63,603 bases of DNA. It comes from Octopus bimaculoides. Lineage: Eukaryota. Numbering within the stretch: position 1 is the first letter of the stretch; each line of letters opens with the position of its first letter. The stretch covers positions 32,639,451-32,703,053 of the forward strand of contig NC_069002.1 of NCBI RefSeq assembly GCF_001194135.2, read 5' to 3'. The position numbers and the translations under genes are program-made. Shown piece after piece: positions 50,735-63,603 of the stretch. A model generated the notes under the pieces. That model was not told the origin of the DNA and made no database searches. It saw only the letters and a program-made list of their open reading frames with translations.

Positions 50735-51985
50735 CTGCCTTGGATTTTGCGGCCGTGGTGGAACACCGCCTCTAATCGAAGAAATTGATCCCAGGGCTTA
50801 TTCTCTGTAAGCCTAGTACTTATTCTATCGGTCTCTTTTGCCAAACCGCTAAGTTTCGGGAATGTAAACACTCCATGTTCTGTCAAGTCATGACGGGTGA
50901 CAACACTGACGCACACACACAGGCACATGTATATATATATATATATATNNNNNNNNNNNNNNNNNNNNNNNNNNNNNNNNNNNNNNNNNNNNNNNNNNNN
51001 NNNNNNNNNNNNNNNNNNNNNNNNNNNNNNNNNNNNNNNNNNNNNNNNNNNNNNNNNNNNNNNNNNNNNNNNNNNNNNNNNNNNNNNNNNNNNNNNNNNN
51101 NNNNNNNNNNNNNNNNNNNNNNNNNNNNNNNNNNNNNNNNNNNNNNNNNNNNNNNNNNNNNNNNNNNNNNNNNNNNNNNNNNNNNNNNNNNNNNNNNNNN
51201 NNNNNNNNNNNNNNNNNNNNNNNNNNNNNNNNNNNNNNNNNNNNNNNNNNNNNNNNNNNNNNNNNNNNNNNNNNNNNNNNNNNNNNNNNNNNNNNNNNNN
51301 NNNNNNNNNNNNNNNNNNNNNNNNNNNNNNNNNNNNNNNNNNNNNNNNNNNNNNNNNNNNNNNNNNNNNNNNNNNNNNNNNNNNNNNNNNNNNNNNNNNN
51401 NNNNNNNNNNNNNNNNNNNNNNNNNNNNNNNNNNNNNNNNNNNNNNNNNNNNNNNNNNNNNNNNNNNNNNNNNNNNNNNNNNNNNNNNNNNNNNNNNNNN
51501 NNNNNNNNNNNNNNNNNNNNNNNNNNNNNNNNNNNNNNNNNNNNNNNNNNNNNNNNNNNNNNNNNNNNNNNNNNNNNNNNNNNNNNNNNNNNNNNNNNNN
51601 NNNNNNNNNNNNNNNNNNNNNNNNNNNNNNNNNNNNNNNNNNNNNNNNNNNNNNNNNNNNNNNNNNNNNNNNNNNNNNNNNNNNNNNNNNNNNNNNNNNN
51701 NNNNNNNNNNNNNNNNNNNNNNNNNNNNNNNNNNNNNNNNNNNNNNNNNNNNNNNNNNNNNNNNNNNNNNNNNNNNNNNNNNNNNNNNNNNNNNNNNNNN
51801 NATATATATACGCACGCGCGTTTGTACATATGAGCGGCTTCTTTCAGTTTCCGTCTAGCAAATTCACTGACAAGGTTCCGTTGGCTCCAGGATATAGTAG
51901 AAGACACTTGCTCAAGATACCACGCAGTGGGATTGAACTTGGAAACATGTTGTAAGATAGGAAGCTTCTAACCACACAGTCACAT
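50735..51985 (-). mobile_element. SINE family A split by an assembly gap in its central microsatellite
   Basis: 3' module at 50735-50920 and head at 51830-51985 are in matching orientation on either side of the N-run 50949-51800. Confidence 0.8.
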
Positions 51986-52488
51986 ATACAAATTATATGC
52001 AAATATATAGACGTCTATGAATACATTATGTACATTTATGCACAAACGTAAACACAATCACACATAGGCGTAGACATAAGTACATATGAATACATACCAC
52101 CGGATGTTTTACGCACACAGACGCACACTTCCATAAATGGCCTAGTGGCGAAAAGTAAGGATTGGACTAGCAGAAAGCAAATGATGGTGATGAAGAGAAG
52201 CTATGACAACTGTCATTTATTGACTTAGCACTTTGAAATGTTCGGTTAGGTGTAGAGCTGATGATTTTTATTGTGTACAATAATAGGAGTGCCATCGTAA
52301 TGGCTGTGTTTTCTCAGTAGTCATGACGTGCGAATAACTACCGAGAGAAAATGACAAATAATTACATAGAGCAACAGATTACCTGTCAATGTAACGTTTA
52401 CTGGCGTAGACTCACATGCACACATTTAACGGTACATACGTACTTACAAACCTACCTACATACATACATACATACATGCATGCATACA

Positions 52489-52609
<121 letters not shown>

Positions 52610-53258
52610 CTTCAGCGCATATGGATGTGGTCGGTACTTCTATGAAATACCGACTAAGATTGTGAACATTATTCTTCTGTTTACTCCATTATTCTGCTAT
52701 TTTATACCATATAAACTGTGAAGTTTATTCCTTGTTAGCTGTAAATTTTTCGCGTCTATAATATTTATAACGGAAGGCGCAGTGTGTGAACATGCTAACC
52801 AACCACTTGGGTAATCCTAGAAACCTTATCCTAATTATATTACTGTAAATGACTTGAGATACTCGTTCTGCTTTGGTTTTGATTTTTCTTCTAATGTAAT
52901 ACAGAATATATTCTGAGAATTTCAAACGGATCATAATGTATCTCTTGTATAGTTATTTGTACATACTGACGATTTTCGATACCAGGTATTGAAAATGAAA
53001 ACTTATGTATTTATATAAGTTCTGTAATTTTAATTTTGTTTATGAAATGAAACAATTGTTGGTGAATATGATAATTAATTAATAAAATTATTTGTATCCA
53101 TAATATTCGATACATTAAGATAATTTATATAATATAATTCATTGACGAAATATCTCTTCAAAATACAGTATATTAAACCATCGTATCTTGGATAAAAAAT
53201 ATCACTATAAGGGATCTAAATATCCTCATTGTGACTATATATATATATATATATATAT

Positions 53259-53558
<300 letters not shown>

Positions 53559-54565
53559 ATATTTTCACTAATATTTAGCAGAGGTATATTTAATAAGAAT
53601 CTATATATGCTCATACTTTGAGTTATTTTTTGCATCGACATACTTATATATGTATGCATATATATCTGTATACAATTATCTGTCTCTCTATCCGTCCATC
53701 CAATCAATCAATCTATCTATCTATTTTCGTGTACTTCTTGTTTCCAGATATGCATTTTTTTTAATGAGTAAACTGGTCAATGTCTTCCTGTTTTTGTCTG
53801 AAGATAAGGATTAATTTTAGGTGAGTTCTGCTACTATTTCGAACATGTGCTATAACTAGGTAAACGCAATTTTTGCTTAGAAGAGGTATTCGTAATTTCA
53901 CTATAATTGTTTAGTGTCATATTTACTCCCTTAATTCCCTCCAACAAATATTTACAATTAAATCTATCCCTTCTTTTTGTATTCCAAATCCAGATATATT
54001 TTGTTAATATTCAAACTATCGAATGTGACCTTCTCTATTTTTATTTGTCGACAGTGGTCTTTAGGTAAAATCCTGCGTTATTTCTAGCATACACTTGTCC
54101 ATGTAGAGGCTCCCTAATTCTCATTTCCTGATTGCAGACTGGTACTTCGCTTGTGTGAACCAATACCGAATACATCAGTCATTTAACCTGTGAGCTAAAG
54201 TGACCTAGTGAATAATTTTTACCATCTTAGCTAATAATGTACCATAACATCTACTTTTGTATTTGTGAAAGCGGCTGGCTATGATCAGAGAAACGGATAT
54301 TGGCTATTATTGGATTGGAATCCTTCACTGGGATGTAGTTTATTGGTCCTGGAACGTAACTGGTGCAATTTGAACGCCAGCTTCACCTCAGCTTGATTTC
54401 AACTCAAAATAGAAATTGACGAAATGCCACCCAACTGTTTCTCCGACACTCTACCGATTCATGTCATCTAAAGACATTATTTGGTTGTTTGTATTTATGT
54501 TTTTTTTTTATGGGTAGATGACCCCACTTTTGTGAGTTCGAGAGGTTAAACTAATTTTGATTTAC

Positions 54566-54694
54566 CTTTTGGGTATGCTGGTAATTTTAAAATACCTCAT
54601 AGAGTGACGACTATGCCCTGCATAATTACGGGCTGCTTTTTGGCAAGGCATAGCAACGGTTGAGCCATGCTGGCATCGATGCTGCGAAGACATG
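54566..54694 (-). CDS. Candidate coding exon of an unidentified minus-strand gene (5' boundary uncertain)
   Basis: Open frame MSSQHRCQHGSTVAMPCQKAARNYAGHSRHSMRYFKITSIPK(R) ends at a strong donor AAG/gtaaat in phase 2. The segment is GC-richer than its flanks. No recognised homology. Confidence 0.25.
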
Positions 54695-55234
54695 GTATTA
54701 CAGCATGGCTCATTGTGAACAAATAATGGAAGAGGTGAATTGAGCCAACGGTACTTCTTACGTTGATGCTGAGCGGAGGAATTCTGGAAGCTCAACGGTC
54801 AGGATCACCAAAATCTATCAAGAAAGTAAACACAAAGCTTCCATAGGGGTGACCTCCATAGTTGCATAACCTGCTAATGGAAGATTCACCATGTTTCTAG
54901 CTCCCAATTCAAATTCATAATAATGGAGTTGGATGGTGACAGAGACACGGGAATCTGCGAAAACAGCGGAAAATAAAAAAAACCAAAAAAAAAAACCAGA
55001 AAGATAAAAGGTTTACATTAGTTTTCGATTGGTAGTTCTTNNNNNNNNNNNNNNNNNNNNNNNNNNNNNNNNNNNNNNNNNNNNNNNNNNNNNNNNNNAA
55101 AAGCTAAAGCTAATTCTGTAAATAAATTTGCTCTCAGATATCTTCATTTGCTATCAATTCAAAATAATTATGGAATTCGAAACAAATTCGTAACATTTGC
55201 TTCGAATTCGATACCACAACATTTCATCTGTCTT

Positions 55235-55565
55235 TATATTCTGAGATCAAACTCCGCCGAGGTCGAATTTACTTTTCATCCTATCGGGGTCGATAAAATA
55301 ATTACCAGTTGAGTCCTGGAATCGAAATAATTGCTGACTTGGTTCCAGAAATCGAAACCAATGTTTCTTTCAAATTTTATGACAAGACCAGATATTTGAG
55401 TGGGTTGGATTGGGTTGCGAGGAAATAAGTCAGTTATATCGATCCCAGTCATATCGGTTTGACGGGTACTTAATTTTAGCTTACTTTGTCGTGATTTGAA
55501 CTAAAAGCGTTAAGATCCGAAATAAATTCTGCTAAGCATTTTACCTTATTTTGCTTCCGATTATT
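55235..55565. mobile_element. Tail-to-tail pair of SINE family B copies
   Basis: Plus copy ctgagatcaaactccgccgaggtcgaatttacttttcatcctatcggggtcgataaaat; minus copy atcgatcccag..ggtacttaatt..gatttgaactaaaag..ctgctaagcatttt. Confidence 0.7.
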
Positions 55566-57349
55566 CCAGCCTTTGGAATTGATATTTTTAAGAATATTTT
55601 TATCAAAAACAACCACGAAGTATGTGACAAGGTTTTTCACTTAGAGATTAAAATTCCCCGCCTTTACGCTCTTAACAATACTAAATATATTTCAAATATA
55701 AACATTCACAGTTGACTGAAACAAGGTTTTTAGTGACGAGATTAAAATTCACAAATTTCAGTAAAAAATAAAAACGAAACAAAACAAACCCCAAAACTTT
55801 TGAACTTTTGTCTTTATTTCTAGAAAGTTGGTTGTTTTTACCATAATTAGAGATTACATTTCGTCTCTCAACCTCTTTCTCTCTCCCCCTTTTCACTCTC
55901 TCCTTTGCTCTCTTTCTCTTGTTCTCTCTCTTTTTCTCTTAATACCATGTTGGATTTAACCAATATTAAAGGTTATGTTAGCTTTTAATACGATCTTAGT
56001 TGTTTTTTCACCAATATTCCATCCAATCACACTGCTAGAAACAAAGCAAAACACTAAATGTAATAATAAATAAAAGAAAGATAAATTATACAGTAAAAAA
56101 GAAAAACACCCTAATAAAATGATTAAAAAAATTCAACCAAGAAAACTCCAAACAAAAGGCATGACGCCATTTTGAAGTAATGCATATTGGTTGTTTTATC
56201 CAACTATTATTTTATTAGTGATAAATTACAAGGCAATAGTTTTAGCACCAAAACTACTAATCATTTCTTAGTTGATCGCAGTTCAAACAATGGTAATTTC
56301 TATTTTAAAAGTTTGCTTGAAATCATTACAGAATCGGTTATCAATCTTATTAAATTGCCCCTCTCTCTCTCTTTCACTCCCCCTCTCTCTCTTACTCTCC
56401 TTCTCTCTTTCTCTCTTTATGTTTCACTCACTCATTCTCTCACTCCATTGCTCTCTCTGTCTCTCTCTGTGTCTATCACGTCTGTGCGTACATCTGTATT
56501 TGTAAATGTTTCTCTCGTGTTAGTGTATTCACTTTCTCCTTTTGCCTTGCAAACACATGTATATATGCATATATATATATATATANNNNNNNNNNNNNNN
56601 NNNNNNNNNNNNNNNNNNNNNNNNNNNNNNNNNNNNNNNNNNNNNNNNNNNNNNNNNNNNNNNNNNNNNNNNNNNNNNNNNNNNNNNNNNNNNNNNNNNN
56701 NNNNNNNNNNNNNNNNNNNNNNNNNNNNNNNNNNNNNNNNNNNNNNNNNNNNNNNNNNNNNNNNNNNNNNNNNNNNNNNNNNNNNNNNNNNNNNNNNNNN
56801 NNNNNNNNNNNNNNNNNNNNNNNNNNNNNNNNNNNNNNNNNNNNNNNNNNNNNNNNNNNNNNNNNNNNNNNNNNNNNNNNNNNNNNNNNNNNNNNNNNNN
56901 NNNNNNNNNNNNNNNNNNNNNNNNNNNNNNNNNNNNNNNNNNNNNNNNNNNNNNNNNNNNNNNNNNNNNNNNNNNNNNNNNNNNNNNNNNNNNNNNNNNN
57001 NNNNNNNNNNNNNNNNNNNNNNNNNNNNNNNNNNNNNNNNNNNNNNNNNNNNNNNNNNNNNNNNNNNNNNNNNNNNNNNNNNNNNNNNNNNNNNNNNNNN
57101 NNNNNNNNNNNNNNNNNNNNNNNNNNNNNNNNNNNNNNNNNNNNNNNNNNNNNNNNNNNNNNNGCATGAAACGTGCGTACTGCAATAGCCTTTAAAATCC
57201 GTGTTGCTTTTTTTGATTATATATATATATACATTTGCGTGTGTACATTTGTGTGTGTGTATGTGTGTGTTTATGTAGGTGTTTGAAAGTGTAGGCGTGA
57301 GTGTGTGTGTGTGTGTGATTGTACGTTTGTGTTAGTGCATGTGTGTCAG

Positions 57350-57575
57350 TGGAGGTGCGTTGGTTAATGGTTAAGTCGTTGTCCTTAATATCGCAAGATT
57401 GTACTTTCGATTCTGGAATAGGGTGACGTGTTTTGTTCTTGAGCCAAACACTTCATTTCAATTTGCTCCTGTCCATTCAGACTCATTCTGCGACCAACCG
57501 GTGTCTCGTTCACGGGGTCATATATGGGTCTCGGACACCGGGAAACCGGCCCTTATGAGTGTATATCACTCAAGA
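57350..57575 (+). mobile_element. SINE with family D head/core and a third tail type
   Basis: gtggaggtgcgttggttaatggttaag..ttcgattctggaatagggtgacgtgttttgttcttgagccaaacacttcatttcaatttgctcc, then ..ggggtcatatatgggtctcggacaccgggaaaccggcccttatgag. Confidence 0.7.
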
Positions 57576-58451
57576 ATGATTGCTATTCTTTATTTTTATT
57601 ATACTTTTATCAATCGATGTAACCAATCTATTTCTGTAATTTCTTCCCAAACACTCGTTCCCTCTTTGTTCATCTCTCTCTCTCTCTCTCTCTCTCTCCC
57701 TCTCTCTCTCTCTTTCCCTTTTCTTTCGACATATTTATTTACTACAAGCGTACCACATGTGGTAATAATATTTGTTTATCAACGACTTTCGTTCACTCCT
57801 CCCCGCTGTGTTCTCATTTGACAAACCAACATTACAAACCCTAAAGACCAAATGAAAATGGCTACTAATCTAATCGATGCAGATTTTAAAGATCTACCGA
57901 TAAGCAAACGTAGACATCACTATCGAATGGCAATATCTTTTGATAAGGAAGCGAGGAAAAAACAATGACAGACGAGCAAAACAAAAAAAATTGGAGACAA
58001 AAGAGGGGAAAAAAAAGGAAGAATATATATAATTAAAAAGAAGAAAGAACGGAAGAATGAAAGAAACAATATGTATATAAATAGATAAATATGTAATTAA
58101 ACAAAGAAAATGAGAGAAAGAAAACAAATACGAAAAGAACAGGACATTTATAAATCAATAACTAAAAGAAGGAAGAAGAATATGAAGAACAAAAAGACTA
58201 TACACATACATAAATATACATACACACACATATATAGACACACACACACACATATATATATAGACATAGATACATACATATATGCATGTATACATACATG
58301 TCTATATACGTATATATGAATGTACATATATATACACAAATACATAGATACATACATGCACCGACACACACAAGCGCACACACATATATAAATATAGTCA
58401 CACACATGTATATATATATATATAGGTCTCTCTCTCTCTCTCTACTCACTA

Positions 58452-58512
<61 letters not shown>

Positions 58513-58780
58513 TGTGAACGAAAATACAGTATGGCCGCTATTGTTTGAGACTATTTTCGTATTAGGTTCTTCAAAGTGTAATTTATGTAATCTTGTGTAT
58601 TTCTTTCCATTTGTTTATATCTTTAAACTTTGACACCATTTCACCAAATTAGAACTGCTCGTTATTTGAATATTTCTTAATGTCTGTTTGTCAGCATATC
58701 TGTCTGTTTTGGTGTCCGTGGTTTGATTACATTTCTCCATTGGTTTTTTACTTCTGTTTATCTCTCTGTTTCTCCCCCCC

Positions 58781-58870
58781 TCTCTCTCTCATTCTCTCTT
58801 TCTACCTCTCTCTCTCTCTCATTCTCTCTTTCTACCTCTCTCTCTCTCTCATTCTCTCTTTCTACCTCTC
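58781..58870. repeat. Perfect 30-bp unit x3 built from a (TC)n microsatellite
   Basis: tctctctctcattctctctttctacctctc repeated exactly three times. Confidence 0.95.
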
Positions 58871-59163
58871 TGTGTCCGTCGCTCTTTCACTTTCCTTTTC
58901 TAGTCATTCTCCCTCATTCTGTATACGCTACAGATATCTTTGTCTTGGTTTGTATTATTTCACTTATATTGCACACACACACACACAGGCACGCACCCAA
59001 ACACGCACATACACACACCTATTTACCAAAATATATACATGTATATATAAAGAAGTAAATAAAAAAATATATATACATACAAGAAGCAACTTCATTACCT
59101 ATACACATACACACGTACGTATGCATATGAGCACGTCTGCCTCCATGTATATATGTATGTTCA

Positions 59164-59199
<36 letters not shown>

Positions 59200-59289
59200 N
59201 NNNNNNNNNNNNNNNNNNNNNNNNNNNNNNNNNNNNNNNNNNNNNNNNNNNNNNNNNNNNNNNNNNNNNNNNNNNNNNNNNNNNNNNNN

Positions 59290-59408
<119 letters not shown>

Positions 59409-59792
59409 GTATATATATGTGTGTATATATATGCATGTTTATACAGTGTGTGTGTGTGTAGGTGTGTGTGCGTGTGTGCGTGTGTGTGAACAGACGCATA
59501 CGTATAGCAGCTTCAGCGTTCTTTTTGTCACTTATTGAATTATTTCTTTTCTGCAATCTTCATTAACAGATTGTAATCTTTATCGCCTTATCTATTTTCT
59601 ATACATCATACCCTACACTGATACTGACATCCATCTATACATACATCCATCCATCCATCCATCCATCAATCTCTTAATCTGTTTCTGTAACCATGTATGT
59701 ATGTATGTATATATGTATGGATGGATGGATGGATTGATGTCTGTATGTGTATATGTATGTAAGTATTATCTATCTATCTATCTATCTAGCTT

Positions 59793-59863
<71 letters not shown>

Positions 59864-60307
59864 GTATTTCTATTACGTAGTTTCTGTGATGGAGAGAAAT
59901 AAAGCGAATATACCGATGTAGGAAATCGCTATTAGAGAAAGATATAGAGACATCCATACAGAAACCGAAACTCGTTTCGATAAATAGTATTATGAAGGCA
60001 ATATAAAAGTTGGGTATTGCTCAAGTATTAACGCATTAGATATTACATGTAAACACTTTTAAGTAACGTCTTCTATTAAAACGTTCGGGGCTGCCGAATA
60101 TCAACATTAATTCAAAATCGTAATTGTTCGTGAAATGCGGTAGCTATTTAGAGCACTTGCAACACTTCTAAATCAATTGCTATGCTGGACACACGTTGTT
60201 GGTGTCTTCAGAATGTATCTGGAGCTTCCACGCGTTTGGCTCCTTAGCCTGTTCGATTCATCTGAGTCGGGTACCAAGGCCTGAGTTAATGTTCACCTAC
60301 GGAAGCG

Positions 60308-60370
60308 TTTCATCATGGCCGGTATGACAAACTTTAACTGTTAAAGTCTGTCATACCGGCCATGATGAAA
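60308..60370. repeat. Near-perfect 63-bp palindrome
   Basis: Arm TTTCATCATGGCCGGTATGACAAACTTTAAC (60308-60338), 1-nt spacer, arm 60340-60370; 30 of 31 positions pair. Confidence 0.95.
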
Positions 60371-60834
60371 TACCACAAGGTATACAAAATACGTATTCGC
60401 CTTTATATATTTAATCCTTTATATTGAACACTCAATATTTCATATATTCATTAAGACATATTCCATATATTCAGTAAGACGTTCAATACTTCATTTCATT
60501 GTACCATCCATTTTTATATTATATACTGTATATTCCATATTCTATATCCCACATTAATTTTACAAGAATATAAATAAAACATAAAAAAACAGACAGAGTT
60601 GGAACTCTTTTAAATAAAATAATATATTCCTCTATACACAATCATACAAAACCCCTTTTTTNNNNNNNNNNNNNNNNNNNNNNNNNNNNNNNNNNNNNNN
60701 NNNNNNNNNNNNNNNNNNNNNNNNNNNNNNNNNNNNNNNNNNNNNNNNNNNNNNNNNNNNNNNNNNNNNNNNNNNNNNNNNNNNNNNNNNNNNNNNNNNN
60801 NNNNNNNNNNNTATATATATATATATGTATATAT

Positions 60835-61186
60835 TTTATTCTTTTACTTGTTTCAGTCATTTAACGGTGGCCATGCTGGAGCACCGCGTTTAGTCGAGCA
60901 AATCGACTCCAGGACTTATTCTTTGTAATCCTAGTACTTATACCATCGATCATTTTTACGGAATCGCTAGGTTACGGGGAATCAAGTGATGGTGGGGTAT
61001 AAACACAGACACACAAACATACACAAACATATACACGCATACATACTTATGCACACACATACATACATATATGTATGTATGCATGTATGTATGTATGTAT
61101 GTATGTATGTTTGTATCTATCTATCTCTCTCTCTCTCTATATATATATATACATATCTCTCTCTCTCTCTCTCTCANNNNNNNNNN

Positions 61187-61234
<48 letters not shown>

Positions 61235-61335
61235 TTACACAGAGTAAGCGCGAGAAAAGGCATGTATATATATAGTAATCTAACATCCTCGTCTTTCAGT
61301 CTGCCCGGGGCTATAACAGAAGACATTAAAGTTAC
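60835..61335 (-). mobile_element. SINE family A, 3' module plus degenerate head remnant across microsatellite
   Basis: ttttacttgtttcagtcattt..ggccatgctggagcaccg at 60842-60890 and core remnant gcccggggctataacagaagacatt at about 61303-61327. Confidence 0.7.
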
Positions 61336-62118
61336 CACACACAGACACACACACACGCGCGCGCGCTCTCACACACACATTCATCAAACCCATTTCCTGG
61401 TATATATACATACATTAAAATCCCCAGTAACAATGACATATATCGAACAATAAGTATTACATCTAAAATTCAGTAACTTCTCATTGAATATAATGACAAT
61501 AAATTAATCATTGCACCATTTCGCATGTATAATGTGTCGAAATGAATTTACTACTGCAATAATTCTATTGCTTTTGCATTTAAATAGTTATCATTGTAAA
61601 AGGTTTAGACATGAGCTATGAAATCAAATTTTACTGATGAGTGATAATGACGTAGAAATACGTCCAGAGTTATCGCATGTGCTTTGGGAAAGACGCACGA
61701 TATTATTATTCAATGAGTAATACTGCTATTATCTCACTGAATATATCTCTGTAGTTGGCTATTTGATATTCTCTGCGTTAAATATCTTAACACAACCTTA
61801 TCCATTTCGTAACAGTAATTTCAATTTATTGGCACCTAATCCATCCAGATTTTGCACAATTAAGTGACTACAACATTGAAGGCCTACAGTCCCTTGATTA
61901 TCGTTCATTGGAAAGTCGTATTATCTCTTATTTACTGAGTATTAAAGCAAGGATTGCTAAGCTAATAAGCGATGGGTTCACTTTAAATGAAGACCTCAAT
62001 GAGAGACACTAATGAGATTTTACGTGATGGAATACAAATGAGATCATAGCCCTGAATTACTAATTTACATCAATGTACTTTATATGTATGACTGACGTCT
62101 GACCGTGTCTTGGATTTA

Positions 62119-62168
<50 letters not shown>

Positions 62169-62303
62169 GTCAATCAATCACTCAGTCTGTCTCTGACTGT
62201 TTCTCTCCCTCTTTCTCTCTGTCTAACTATCTTTCTATCCAGCTATCTATTTATCTATATGTATATATACATGGTTATGTATGTAGATAGCTATCAATTG
62301 TAC

Positions 62304-62336
<33 letters not shown>

Positions 62337-62670
62337 NNNNNNNNNNNNNNNNNNNNNNNNNNNNNNNNNNNNNNNNNNNNNNNNNNNNNNNNNNNNNNNN
62401 NNNNNNNNNNNNNNNNNNNNNNNNNNNNNNNNNNNNNNNNNNNNNNNNNNNNNNNNNNNNNNNNNNNNNNNNNNNNNNNNNNNNNNNNNNNNNNNNNNNN
62501 NNNNNNNNNNNNNNNNNNNNNNNNNNNNNNNNNNNNNNNNNNNNNNNNNNNNNNNNNNNNNNNNNNNNNNNNNNNNNNNNNNNNNNGAATATATTATCCA
62601 ATTTATTTATTTATTTATTTATGTGTTTCAGCCAAGTGGCTGCGGTCATGCTGGTGCACCACCGTGTAAT

Positions 62671-63068
62671 CTTTTATTCTTTAATTTGTTTCAGCCATTT
62701 GACTGCGGCCATGCTGGAGCACCATCTTTAGTCGAGCAAATCGACCCCAGGACTTATCCTTTATAAGCCTAGTACTTACTCTATCGCAATCTTTTGCCGA
62801 ACCGCTAAGTTACAGGGAATTAAACACACCAGCATCGGTTGTCAAGCGATGTGGGGGGGGGGCAAACGCAGACACACAAACACACACACCCGCACGTATA
62901 TGTATATACGACGGGCTTCTTTCAATTTCCATCTACCAAATCCACTCACAAGGCTTTGGTCGGCCCGAGGTTATAGTAGAAGACGCTTGCCCAAGGTGTT
63001 ACGCAGTGGGATTGAACCCGGAACTATATGGTTGGTAAGTAATCTACTTACCGCAGCCACTCCTACGT
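62671..63068 (-). mobile_element. Full-length SINE family A, preceded by an extra 3'-end fragment of another copy (about 62615-62668)
   Basis: Reverse complement aligns end to end with 31074-31481. Confidence 0.9.
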
Positions 63069-63568
63069 CTATATATGTATGTATGTGAACATGTATGTAT
63101 GTATGTGTTTATGTATATGGGTACAAATGTAAGTGTGTATGTTTATGTGCGCATGTATTTATATACTCGTGTTTATAATTGTACATGTATATAAATGCAT
63201 TTATGCCAAAAAAAAAAGTGTATGCGTGTGTGTGTACAGAGAGTGTTTTTGATTGGGAGAATAAAGAAGAATAACAAACTCTAAAAGAGTGAGAGCGGAG
63301 AGAGGGAATGCATCATGGGACACATTTGCCTGCTCCATTCGTTTCCTGAAGTGTCCTTGACAAGATGTCCGGATGTCGTTCGTTTAGCAATGATGGAGTT
63401 GGCCATTGAAACCGGATGTAGCCTTAAGTCCATCCAGTTATACTCCCAATGCACGTTTGACGTTGCAGGACAATTGCTAATGTTATAGCCATTATTTATG
63501 GCAGAATTAATGATCTTAAATGCCTAATTGCCAGTAATCGTCTCAAATATCTATCTATGGGTTGTTTC

Positions 63569-63603
<35 letters not shown>

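Noticed and set aside
63270-63505. Open frames on both strands in a GC-richer patch (minus: HWEYNWMDLRLHPVSMANS..)
   Set aside because: There is no convincing splice-site pair and no recognisable homology, so it cannot be supported from sequence alone.

Overview
AT-rich, very microsatellite-dense animal genomic DNA from a gapped short-read assembly. There are 25 N-runs, almost all bordered by (TA)n, (CA)n, (GA)n or trinucleotide repeats. The interspersed repeats resemble the tRNA-derived SINE families I recall from octopus genomes, so Octopus (coleoid cephalopod) is the most likely source; this is recognition from memory, not a database result. No long ORF is real: almost all ORF-track entries are translations of microsatellites or gaps. 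Supported content: about 25 SINE copies or fragments in four head/core types (called A-D here) with interchangeable tails; a 5'-truncated R4/Dong-type non-LTR retrotransposon 3' end (restriction-like endonuclease) in (TAA)n, duplicated across a gap; a rearranged Tc1 relic; a mariner-derived MITE; a hAT end with an amplified 18-bp subterminal unit; two TA-embedded Penelope-like fragments each with a degenerate minimal hammerhead ribozyme; several minisatellites; and an unexplained near-perfect 63-bp palindrome. Manual splice-site reading gives a tentative chain of small phase-compatible exons on the minus strand, including a 12-nt micro-exon, plus a weaker plus-strand set. Neither matches a protein I recognise, so both are hypotheses.
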